This document shows positions 40,420 through 52,133 of a DNA stretch of 64,000 nucleotides, piece after piece. The notes under the pieces are model-generated. The model had not been told where the DNA came from, ran no database searches, and worked only from the letters and a program-made list of their open reading frames with translations. Location of the stretch: assembly GCA_964016885.1 (NCBI GenBank), contig OZ024741.1:361026001-361090000 (forward strand), written 5' to 3'. Made by a program: the position numbers and the translations under genes. Position 1 is the first letter of the stretch. Every line of letters starts with the position of its first letter. Origin of the DNA: Eledone cirrhosa. Taxonomy: Eukaryota.

Positions 40420-42150
40420 TACACACATACATACATACATGATGGCTGCCCCCTCGTTATCGAGTATGGCCATTGCCCAATATACCATTATTAATAATTA
40501 TTAATTAATTCTATTGTGCAATGCCTGTGTGTGAAGATATTTTTTAAAGTGAGGAAAGACTGTGCACTGAGCCAATCCCACTCTCTGAGCGACAGTAGCT
40601 ATAACCCGAAAAGAAGAAAAGATCAACATCATCGGTAACTACTGAGCCGCAGGTTTTATATCGGAGTTAACCCAGTTTCCTGAGTTGCCTTCTCCGAGAA
40701 GAATGCCCTGACAAAGGCTAGGGGTCCTTCACTCCCACTGGTTTAACTGCGCGATCGGGTGTCCAGCCCGACTATTTCTATGTCCCCGCGCATATGCATA
40801 CACATCCACATATGCATATACACATACATATACATATGTATACACATATACATACATATGTACATGTGTATATACATATTTACACACTTTTGGATGCCCG
40901 TTGACTCTTATGAGTTCTTCCGTCCTTTTGTCAGGTTTTGCTTTTTGTCCTGCAGGGTGTCCAAAATCACCCTCCTCACCAAGTAAACTTGGTGGGGGTT
41001 GCCGGTTTAGTCGCCGACGACCCGACCATGCGACAGGTTGTACTGGGTTACATGTTACCAGTAGCACTCAAGAGTGACCTGACATACATACATATATACA
41101 TGGTGGCTGCCAACTCATTTTCGAGTACGGCCACTACTTTATATCCATGTAGGAGAACCCCTACTGATGCGCTGAACGATGTGACTTTTCAGCCCAGCCA
41201 GCGACTTGAAAACTCTGGTACAAACACTACACTTGTGACAATTACTGACACATAGTGCTGGGCCCATGGTACCATGTGACGACAAGTGCAGAGAGATCTC
41301 CAGATATAAAGCAATGCCTGTGCCGTGAAGCTTTTATAGTGAGCAAAGGCACTGCACAAAGCCAGTCCCACTCTCTTAACGAAGATGATATTTACCAAAA
41401 AGAAGAACAAGTCAACATCATTGGATACCATCAGGGTTGCAGGTGTTATATCAGAGTTTTCCTTCTCCTAGAATTCTGCCTTGACAAAGGCTAAGGGGGT
41501 CATCTCTCCCGGACTTACATATATACATATATACATACATATGGTGGCTGCCAACTCGTTTTCGAGTACGGCCACTACTTTATATGTAGGAGAACCCCTA
41601 CCGATGCGCTGAACGAGTGTGAATTTTTAGTCCAGCCAGCGACTTGAAAACTCTGGTAGGTACAAACACTACACTTGTGACAATTACTGACACATAGTGC
41701 TGGGCCCATGGTACCATGTGATGACAAGTGAAGAGAGATCTCCAGATATAAAGCAATGCCTGTGCCGTGAAGCTTTTATAGTGAGGAAAGGCACTGCACA
41801 AAGCCAGTCCCACTCTCTTAACGAAGATGATATTTACCAAAAAGAAGAACAAGTCAACATCATTGGATACCATCAGGGTTGCAGGTGTTATATCAGAGTT
41901 TTCCTTCTCCTAGAATTCTGCCTTGACAAAGGCTAAGGGGTCATCTCTCCCGGTGATTTTGGATGGCCATTGACTCTTAAGAGCTCCTTTGCCCTTTGAC
42001 AGGTTTTGTTTTTAGTCCTGCAGGATGTCCAAAGTCCCCCTCCTCACCAAGAAACCTTGGTGGGGTTGCCAGTTTAGTCGCCAACGACTCGACCATGAGA
42101 CAGGTTGTACTGGGATACATGTTACCAGTAGCACCAACTGGTGACCTGAC
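40420..42150 (-). mobile_element. Three head-to-tail copies of a non-coding retroposon (about 620 bp) with (TATG)n tail
   Basis: 41530-42150 full, 41090-41512 5'-truncated, 40420-41085 a diverged relative. Terminal hairpin CTCG-AAAA-CGAG before the tail. Further copies at 52222-52480(+) and an old one at about 23100-23520(+). Confidence 0.8.
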
Positions 42151-43529
42151 ATAATACATACATATATATACATACATACATACATACATACACATATACA
42201 CACATATACACATGCATACTTACATACATACAAACATACATACACACACATATGCATGTGTACATTCACACATACACACACACATGCATACATCTATTTA
42301 GTTGTTTGACAAGTGACTTAATCTGAGATTAAGTATTGAAGTTGAAACCAATATAAGGAGGCAGAGTTATTCAGAGATATCTAAAAACCTGATTTGTTTT
42401 ACTTTATGATAGTTATTGTCATAAAGTGTCATAACATTTCATTGTATATTGTACATCAACAATCTGATGGCTGGTTTAACTGTATTACATTGATGACAAA
42501 ACTATTGCAAAAATAAACAAAAAGTGAAAATAATTGTATATGAGATTTCTGAATTGGTTTCATGACTCTTCTACAATGTAATTGATATGTATATGAGTGT
42601 GTGTGGTGTGTGCCCATATACATACATATATCATCATCATCATCCCCATTTAACGGCCATGTTTTCATGCTGGCATGGGTTAAATAAGTTAGCCGGTTGA
42701 GAGCAATGCCAGGTCAGATGACCATGTCTTGCTCATACAGAACTGATTTTGGTTTGATTTTTACAGTTGGATGCCTTTCCTAGAGCCCAAAACATGATAG
42801 GGTTCATCCAGGGATATATATATATGTCTGTGTGAATGTGTGTGTGTGTGTGTATGCGTGTGTGATGTGTATGTATGTGTCTGTGTGTATACATATCACC
42901 ACCTCAATCATCATCATCATCATCACCCACTTTCTATGCTGGCATATGTTGAATGGGTTGTCACGTTCTGAGATCAGATGGATTAGAACAATCTGCCTTG
43001 TTCATACATTTAATCATCATTCTCAGAAAAATGTTAAATTCTGCTCATCATTTCTAAACACACATTTGTCAATATGTGCATATGTGTGTGTGTGTGTTTT
43101 GTTATTTTGGGGATGGTCAATAAAAAGAAACGTGCGTTTCTTTCTATTGGCAATATTGGCAACATGACCATCCCAAAAATATAACAATATTGTTTTCATA
43201 TCAAGAATCTTTTTATTATTGGCAGTATCGGTAGAGGGCCGGACACCATGCTTTGACGCATAGAGTTACGGACCTTGCTATTCTGAGTTCAAATCCCGCC
43301 GAGGTTAACTTTGCTTTCATCCTTACGGGGTCGATAAAATAAAGTACCAGTAATGCACTGGGTAATTGCTGGCCTTGTGCCGAAAATAGAAACAATTATT
43401 ATTATTACATTCTGCTGAGTACTACATGACATGATTTCACATCAAGAATCTTGCAAAACAAATACATAAATGTGTGTGTATATATATATATTATTTAATT
43501 ACATAATAAACAACACAATATAATTATTT

Positions 43530-43602
43530 CATTACCAAAGGTTTTGAGAAACTAGAAGATTCTTACAGAAACATTTAGCTCGTTCGTCAGACAAAACAAA
43601 AA
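43530..43602 (-). ncRNA. Degenerate hammerhead motif inside an inverted repeat
   Basis: Minus strand TTGTTTTGT-CTGACGA...CTC-AAAA-CCTTTGGTA-ATGAAA. The opposite arm keeps the intact CGAAACCTTCGGTA-ATAAAATAA. Confidence 0.55.
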
Positions 43603-44579
43603 TTCTGTAAGAATCATCTAGTTTCTCGAAACCTTCGGTAATAAAATAATTATATTGTGTTGTTTATTATGTAATTAAATAGCTCTGTACAATACATAGA
43701 GCACTCTTCTTTCCTTTACCTTTTCTACAGAAATACTTAACACACACACATATATATATACAACAACTATATATATATATGTAGATAAATCTACCAAAAT
43801 ATACGGTAGTGTCCAATCCGTATGAAGAACTCAATGTAATCCAAATATCATGAAAAGAGATGTATTCAAAATTTTTTCGATGAAAAACACAGGAAAACAG
43901 AGTGAAGATAAATTAATAAAAACAATGAATGAAAACAAAAACAAAATTTTGTTTTTATTCATTGTTTTTATTAATTTATATATATATATATATATATACA
44001 ACAACTATATATACATATATATATTTATATATATATATTTATATATGTGTGTATATGTATATATATATATATATATATCATCATCATTGTTTAATGTCTA
44101 TCTTCCACGCTAGCATGGGTTAGACGGGAATTGTCCCACTTGAGGCAGGATTGGTCGGGTGACTGTATCTCGCTCGTATGGGACTATCTGGCAGGTTTTC
44201 TAACACCAACCACATTGACAGTGTGGACTGGGAGCTTTTTACATGTTACCTACACGACGACATTACAGCGGGGATGTTACCTACATGATCACATTATATA
44301 TATACATCTAAATTATATATATACATCTAATATACATATATATAAACATTACTTATTTGCATAGCGAACGTTTCCACGAACCAAAGTATCGTCTTCCTGT
44401 CTTCCTCCGGTTGCAACGTTTTTTGAAATATCCACTTCCGCGTTTACAGATTGACTTTGTTAGTTTCAGAAGATCCCGTTAAGGGTGAAAGCAGCGATTC
44501 TTTGCTTAAACTTTAATCTGTTATTTTAATAAATATATATATATCTATATATATATAAATATCTATATATCTATATCAT

Positions 44580-44920
44580 GGAGGCACATGGCTTAGTGGT
44601 TAGAGCATTGGCCTTGCAATCGAAAGGTTGTGAGTTCAATTCTCAGACCGGGTGGTGTGTTGTTTCCTTGAGCAAGACACTTTATTTCACATTGCTCCAG
44701 TTTACTCAGCTGTAGAAATGAGATGATAGGGACTGGGGTCCATATCATTCCACTGCAAAGTGGTCGTGTAGGTGCCACGGCAAAAAAGCACCCACCTCTC
44801 ACTGTAAATGAGGTTGGTGTTAGGAAGGGCATCCAGCTGTAGAAATCAAGCCAGAATCAGTTCCCGTCCCACCCTTGCAAGCAGGGAAAAGTGGACGTAA
44901 AATGAAATGATGATGATGAT
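44580..44920 (+). mobile_element. tRNA-derived SINE family 2 with RTE-derived tail
   Basis: GGAGGCACATGGCTTAGTGG head, GAGTTCAATTC B-box, CCTTGAGCAAGACAC core, then RTE 3' UTR and (GAT)n. Other copies at 53955-54283(+), 49152-49483(-), 50072-50220(-) and 51520-51676(+). Confidence 0.9.
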
Positions 44921-45887
44921 CAGTGGTGAAGGGTAACCTGGAAAGCAGAGCATGCAGTCCAATCACCGTGGTGGAAAGTGGGGCTGTGCAGCCTTACATC
45001 CCCCCATACCCTCTAAATGACCCTCCCGGTCAAAGCCGCATATAGTGTTATCTAGTGTGTGTGTGTGTGTGTGTTATCTTTTTATGTGTCTACGATTTAG
45101 TAAGCAGTCAAAATTCTGCTTGCCCCAAAGCTGTCGTGTGTTTGTGTGTGTGTGTAATCTTTTTTTTGTGTCTATACGTTTTAGTAAGCAGCCAAAATTA
45201 TTATAAGTAATTATAATATAATTGTTTCTACTTTTGGCACAAGGCCAGCAATTATCCCAGTGCATTACTGGTACTTTATTTTATCGACCCCGTAAGGATG
45301 AAAGGCAAAGTTAACCTCGGCAGGATTTGAACTCAGACAATTATAATATAATTGTAACAAAATATATTGAAAAGAAAATCTATAACAGACTTTTATAACA
45401 TAATATTTCTGTAAATTAATGTAACAATAATTTCTAAACCTGGATTAAAAACATCATATTGTAACACAGAAGTTATTGCAAATGAAACTATAGCAGAAAT
45501 TATTATAACAGAACTGTAACAGTTTAGAATCACAGAGCAAAATATAATGGAAGCTATTAAAACACAGAAGTTAATGTAATAGAATTGTAATGAAACAGAG
45601 TAACAGAACAGCAACAGAAGTTATTGTAACATAATTAAACATATTCTGACACAATGATTCTTAAATTATACATAATGTAACAGAAGTTATTGTATCACAA
45701 TGTTTCAGTAATCTAACTTAATGTAACAGAAATTGTAAAGAATATTTGATTGTGACACAAACATTTGTGCAACATGGTATATTGTCTGTGTTTGTGTTTA
45801 TGTCTTGTAACTTTATGGTTCAACAAAAATAAGTATTAGACTTGAAAAAAACTTAATACTGGGGTTAATATGACCAACTCAATCCCT

Positions 45888-46118
45888 TTAACCCTTTAGC
45901 ATTTACATTACTTTATATTTACTATTATATTTTTATGGTAAACACTTTATTTCACATAATTATCTATGTGATTCTATCGAATCTATGTGATTTTGATATT
46001 ATTTATTTTGAGAACAATACCTTAACATCAGTATGAGTGGCCAGTTATGGCTGGTTTGAACATAAAGAGGTGAAAGAATTTTTGCTGGATATGACTGGTT
46101 TAAATGCTAAAGGGTTAA
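45888..46118. mobile_element. piggyBac-type MITE family 1 copy in ARL intron 1
   Basis: Complete TIRs and TTAA on both sides. Confidence 0.85.
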
Positions 46119-46234
46119 AGTAGTGCCCCAGAATGGCCACAGTCTAATGACTGAAACCAATAAAAGAATAAGAAAATGAACAATAATTAAAAAAACATCA
46201 ATAAAAACAATTAAAAAAAGTCATCCAACAATAC

Positions 46235-46322
46235 CTGATTCATCAAGACCCAACATTAGAACTCGTTCATTGGCGTTTCTTTTCCTTGAGCAGCAATTTA
46301 AACATGAATTTGAATGCCCCAT
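46235..46322 (-). CDS. ARF/ARL-family small GTPase, coding exon 1
   Basis: MGHSNSCLNCCSRKRNANERVLMLGLDES(G). MGxxxS myristoylation motif, in-frame TAG just upstream of the ATG, GT donor at 46234 (phase 1). Confidence 0.9.
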
Positions 46323-47619
46323 TTGTGTTTGCTATGTGTGATGTGTGCTTTGTTATTATTTATTGTAGTAATTGTAGATGTTGTTTTTGTTGTTGTCGTT
46401 TATATTCTTCCAGTTCACTCTGTGATGAGATCTAAAAAATTCTCTGGCCTAGCAAGAACTGTTTCTAGCAGTTGTGACTATCTGTTGACCATATAGAATA
46501 AAGTTGTTCCTGGACTGACTGATGGTTGTCATTGGTTCTAATATACTTACTGTCTGACAGGAAATCAGCTAGAATTGTCCTGGTTCATAGAGTTCACCAT
46601 CAATTGACAAGTGGCTGCTGTTGCTGCTGCTGCTGCCATTGTTATAGAATTACTTAATAAGAGGATACAGATGGAGTAAAATAAGTTTAGGTTGTGGGAG
46701 AAGTTATTTAAGATGTTTGTTTGTATCTTCTTTCTCTTTTACATCACTTTCCGTTTTTCAAAAGCGTGGTAGTTCACAATGTAGGAGTTGGTATGCACTC
46801 TACTTTTGTCAACCTTCCTATTCCTAATAGTCCCAACAATTTTCCCCAAACTATTATCACAATGGGCTAAATTTCTCATCAACCCATTCATTACCATATT
46901 TCTAATGAAAGACTCTACCTATGATTTTCAATTAATTTTGAAAATAATCAAGAATTTAGAGGGATTTAGAAATATAACTGACTTTGTCATTACTAAGTTA
47001 GCATATTGAGCGTGGCATCACAAAGGTTCCTACATAAAATTATGATGGAAGGTTTTTAGGTAAATATAAACTTTAAAATAAACAGATTTGTATTGTAGAA
47101 CCAAGAGTGGGTTGAAAGAGTTTGGTGTTAAATAATTTTGAAATAATCAAGAATTTAGAGGGATTTAGAAACATAATTGCCTTTCTCATTATTAAGTTGG
47201 GATTTGGAGCATAACATATCAAGGTCGTTAAGAGGGTCAGATTAAATGTCTGGTATTTCTTCCAGGTCTCTACTCACTTGAGTTTAAATCCTTTTATTGT
47301 CAACTTTGCCTTTCATCTTCCAGAGTTAATAAAATAAAGTATCAGACAAGTACTGGGGCAATTTAATTGACTAACTCTTATCTTCAATTTGGAATTTGTA
47401 CCAACCCTTACCTATGGTCATGAATTTTGGGTAATGATAGAAAGAATACAATTGTGAATACAATTGGCCAAAATGGGTGTATCTATCAAATATATGTATC
47501 TATCAAAGTATATGAAAGCATCTACTATATGTTTATATAAAATAAACATATGAGAGCCTACCCACCACATATGTAGCAACATTAAAACTATAACAACAAT
47601 GCCAGCTCGACTAGTACCG

Positions 47620-48165
47620 CCTCACATGTTATCGCTTGGCCTCATAACCCCATTAGCTGTCCTGTTGCTACAGTGCCGGCTGCCTTCCACGCCATGCTCC
47701 TCTCAACGAGGTCATAAAGCATGGCTTAGATGCAGCAGGCTTTACCTCCCAGCTTGAGCCGGCAGGGCTGGACCGAGGGAACAGCAAAAGATCAGACAGC
47801 ATGACCATCTTCCCGTTCCATGATGTTAAACCCCTCATCTGGGATGCCACATGCAGCGACACATCTTTCAGCGGCAACTATGTGCAGTCTGCGACTAACC
47901 CAGGCTCTGCTGCAGTTTGAGCTGAGGAGGGTAAACTCTCAAAATATCAGAGGAGGGTAAACTCTCCAGGTTTGCGGTTGAGCCCGTGGCAATAGAGACT
48001 TCTGGTGTCCTTGGCCCTTGGGACACCTCCCTGCTCACCACCATCGGCACAGAGTTGGCTACCCGCAGGTGTGAGCCTCGTGAGCTGGAATGGCTCTTCC
48101 AGTGCATCTCCCTTACCATCCTCCGGGGAAATGCCTTCTCTATTCTGTTTGCCAGGGCCGTGGGG
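47620..48165 (+). mobile_element. CRE-like non-LTR element, restriction-like endonuclease fragment
   Basis: RHAPLNEVIKHGLDAAG, EPAGLDRGNSKRSDSMTIFPF, PLIWDATCSDT, PVAIETSGVLGP and LFQCISLTILRGNA. A second, older piece lies at 19494-19690. Confidence 0.8.
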
Positions 48166-49490
48166 CAGCCAGCATGTGGGCCCCCATTTGTTCACAATAG
48201 TGAGAGATGGGGAGAGCAGGGGAGACGGAGGTAGTGACAGTGGGAGTTTGGTCCTTTTGTGTTTGGACCTGGTATATATATATGAGTATATAAGAATGAA
48301 TGAGTCTAAAAGCTGTTTCCTGTAAATGGAATTATACTTTGGTTACATAAGTTCTAGTTTCTTTTATATTTTGTTTTATTAAATATCACATTTGTAAATA
48401 TATCGCTTATGTGAAGAAAAAATGATGGAAAAAAACACAAGCTTAATGATGAGAAAGTTTGTCATATTATGACAACGATCCCTTCATATTTCAATCAATG
48501 GAATAGAAATACATCCACAATAACATTCCCTTTATGGTGATGATCTTCTTCAAGCCTTATCTTCCTATTCAACATAATACATCATCATCATCACCATTTA
48601 ACATCAATTTTCCAAAATAAGCACCCAGCCCACCCTGTAAGGTAGTTGTGTTGGTGACATAACACAAAGCATCCAGTCCACCCTGTAAAGTGGTCATGTT
48701 GGTGACACAATGAAAAGCACCCAACCCAACCTGTCAGTTGGTTGTTTTGGTGTCACAGTAAAAATCACCCAGTCCACACTGCAAATATGGTTAGTGTTAG
48801 GAAGGACATCCAACCATAGAAAACAAACCAGAAACAGTTCTGTTTGAGCAAGACACAGTCACCTGACCTGACTTGTGTGACAATGGAACAACTCATCTAA
48901 CCCATTCTAGCACGGAAAATGGATATAAATGATGATGATGATGATATATAAATTTATAATTTTGAAAATATGCTAAAGATTTACATGTAAGCATGAGATT
49001 TCAGCTATTGTAGGGCAGGCAGTACTTTGATTAGCTATACAATGTTTGATTTAATTTGGAAAATTATTGAATGTGATGTAATAAAAAACCTTTTGTGTAT
49101 TAGATAGAGGGAAGTGACATAACTATAGGAAGAATTATATATTGCCTTCTTCATCATCATCATCATCATCATTTTACGTCAGCTTTTCCCTGCTTGCAAG
49201 GGTGGGATGGGAACTGATTCTGGCTTGATTTCTACAGCAGGATGCCCTTCCTAGCACCAACCTCATTCACAGTGAGTGCTGGGTGCTTTTTTTTCTGTGG
49301 TGCCTACACGTCCACTTTACAGTGTGGGCTGGGTGCTTTTTTTTCCGTGGCACCTCCACGACCACTTTGCAGTGGAATGATAGGAACCCCAGTCCTATCA
49401 TCTCATTTCTACAACTGAGTAAACTGGAGCAATGTGAAATAAAGTGTCTTGCTCAAGGAAATAACACATCATCCGGTCTGAGATGTGTTG

Positions 49491-49537
<47 letters not shown>

Positions 49538-50222
49538 CCTTCTCCTTTTATTCTGTTTATATGTACATATAAGTATGTATATATATATATATATAAAATT
49601 ATAAAAAATGAAACAAGTCGTGTGGTTAGTGTAAACAAAATTTAAGATGGTAATATGGCCGAAACAAGAGAAGAAATCCTTCATCAGCTGTAAAACAAGA
49701 TCATAGATGTTTCGGCGCTTAATACAAGACATCAAACAGCGATCAGTGGAGTGCCCAAGGCCTTTTATTGATCAAAAGATCAGGAAGGAAAGAAAAGAAA
49801 AAAAGAAGAAGAAAAAAGGGAAAAGTAGTGAGAAGAGAGGAAGAAAGAGAAAAAACAAGTAAACAGATCAAATGGTGGGGTGGTGTGTGTGTGTGTGTCT
49901 GGCTGTCTGTATGCATGTATATATATATATATATATACAAACACAAACACACACTACACACACACGCAAACAACCTGAAACTGCCCCGCTTCTATAATAG
50001 AAAGCTGTTGTATTTAAAGAGGTTATCACCTTGACCCATCCCACTGGCTGGTCGGGCAGGCCGGCACCTCTTCATCTCATTTCTACAGCTGAGCAAACTG
50101 GAGCAACGTGAAATAAAGTGTCTTGCTCAAGGAAACAACACATCACCCGGTCCGAGAATTGAACTCACAACCTTTCGATTGCAAGCCCAATGCTCTAACC
50201 TCTAAGCCAGGCGCCTTCACAA

Positions 50223-50372
50223 ATTGACTATTCAGCCCATGGCTTTCAAACTTATGAGAGCAATGTTGACTTTGAGATCAGATTTATGGTTGACAAAGAT
50301 GTTGTTGGCTGTAATTGGATTGAATTACCCAAAAAGAAATACCATATCCATCCCAAGGATAGACAAAGTAAA
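50223..50372 (+). pseudogene. Fragment of the DNA polymerase delta catalytic subunit (POLD1) coding sequence, probably retrocopied
   Basis: Translates [35 protein letters not shown], matching the conserved Pol delta [24 protein letters not shown] block. Isolated between a SINE and a MITE, with no other POLD1 exons seen. Confidence 0.8.
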
Positions 50373-50699
50373 AGAGGTTATATTCATCTAAAAACCTTCC
50401 ATCATAATGGTATGTAGGAACCTTTGTTAAGTTGTACTCCAAACACCACTTCAATAATGTTATTTATATTACTACCCACTCAAATTCTTGAATATTTTCA
50501 AAGGGATTTGAAACAACAAAATGTATTTCATTACAAATATAGTAACAACATAGTTAAGGTGCAGTAATCTATTAATAGTTGAATTGTGAGAATATTTCAG
50601 AGGAAGTCGGATGCAACACTGACTGCCAATCCTACCAACAACTGACAGTTACATTAATAAAACAAAAGACTCATTGAATACATACATATATATAGAAGG

Positions 50700-51519
50700 A
50701 GTTCTTGTGAACATGACCTTGGCATTATTGTCAACATTATTGGACAAAGCACATTTCTAAAATTGTCGAGAGCTGAGGGTATCTTAACATCACCCAATAA
50801 GATCTTTGTCAGCTGCTCTCCAGCTCTCTTTTTAACCCTTTCACAACCACATTCCTAATGAAATACACTCTATTTTAATTAGTTAATGAAGACTTTCGAG
50901 GGATTTACTAAAATTATTAATTATTTCATTACTAAGATAGTAAATTAATGTAAGGATATAAAATTATGTTGGAAAATTTAAACTTAAATTGGAAACCTTT
51001 ACAATGGGTGGTTTTATTTCATAGAACCAAAGCCGGTTTTGGCTGGGTTGGTAATTAAAGGGTTAAAGCTGTATATAGCTATGGTACATCCACACCTAGA
51101 ATTTGCATCACCAGTCTGGAACTCCAATTGTGCTCAGAATATTGATCTCCTGGAAACTGTTCAGAGACGTGCAACCCCAAATGAATACTCCATTAGGCAT
51201 CTTCTATACTCTGAACGCTTTGCTTCCCTGGGCATGGATATATTAAAGTTCCAGTGCCTGGCAACTGACTTGGTAGACACCCACAAGATTATTAACCATC
51301 TTTCCAACAACAACCCTGAACACCTTTTTGAATTCCATATGTCCAACACCCATGGATATGCTTACAAAATCAGAAAACAGTACAGCTCCCATGACATCTG
51401 GAAACATTTTTTCATGTTCAGAGTTGCTGAAGCATGGAACAAACTACCTGCATCAGTTGTTAGTTGTTGGGACACTGCATCATTCAAAACTTCCATGCTT
51501 CCTGAAATTCGTCAACACT
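50700..51519 (+). mobile_element. CR1-group LINE 3' fragment (split by a MITE)
   Basis: EHDLGIIV, LYIAMVHPHLEFASPVW, LETVQRRAT and FFMFRVAEAWNKLP. Confidence 0.88.
50832..51066. mobile_element. piggyBac-type MITE family 2, inserted in a CR1 fragment
   Basis: TTAACCCTTT...AAAGGGTTAA. Removing it with one TTAA restores the CR1 reading (..ALFLK LYIAMV..). Related, more decayed copies near 14880-15079, 16575-16803, 27579-27825, 32637-33440, 35010-35470, 38072-38303 and 46880-47120. Confidence 0.75.
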
Positions 51520-52057
51520 AGCATTGGCCTTGCAATCGAAAGGTTGTGAGTTCAATTCTCAGACCGGGTGATGTGTTGTTTCCTTGAGCAAGACACTTTA
51601 TTTCACATTGCTCCTGTTTACTCAGCTGTAGAAATGAGATGATAGGGACTGGGGTCCATATCATTCCACTGCAAAGAGGCAAAGTTAACCTCAACGTTTT
51701 CCTATATATATAATGACCCAGAAACATGTTGATTGTTCCTCAAAGCCAGTGTTGAACAAACAGGTGATGATCGGTCACCAACACAGCACAGCTTCAAATT
51801 GGGCCATTTATTTACAAACGAATTGAAATTATTATTAATGTTCAATATAACCCATACATATGTATATGTATATATGTGTGTGTATTTATATATATATATA
51901 TATGTGTGTACTTACATTTATGTATCAGCTGTGCTAGGATGAGAAATAAAATTCTAATTTTATTTTTATATATATATATTTTTATTATGTAATAAACAAC
52001 ACAATATAATTATTTCATTACCTAATTATTTCATTACATAAGGAAAATTTAATATAA

Positions 52058-52133
52058 AATTTTCCTTCTGATGAATGACTTCGGACGCCTCTCTTGGGGT
52101 TGCCTGTTTTCGTGAAACCTTGGGTAATGAAAT
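52058..52133 (+). ncRNA. Hammerhead ribozyme motif in a pLTR-like remnant
   Basis: CTGATGA-ATGA...TCGT-GAAA-CC-TTG-GG-TA (GUA site). Stem I is imperfect. Confidence 0.6.

Noticed and set aside
41255-41936. Duplicated 79-aa ORFs
   Set aside because: Duplicated only because the non-coding retroposon is in tandem; no coding signature.
44580-44655. tRNA gene
   Set aside because: It is the tRNA-derived head of SINE2; there is no complete cloverleaf and it continues into the SINE core.
49655-49750. CTGATGA and CGAAAC half-motifs
   Set aside because: The halves are in the wrong order or orientation, and no stem I pairing was found.
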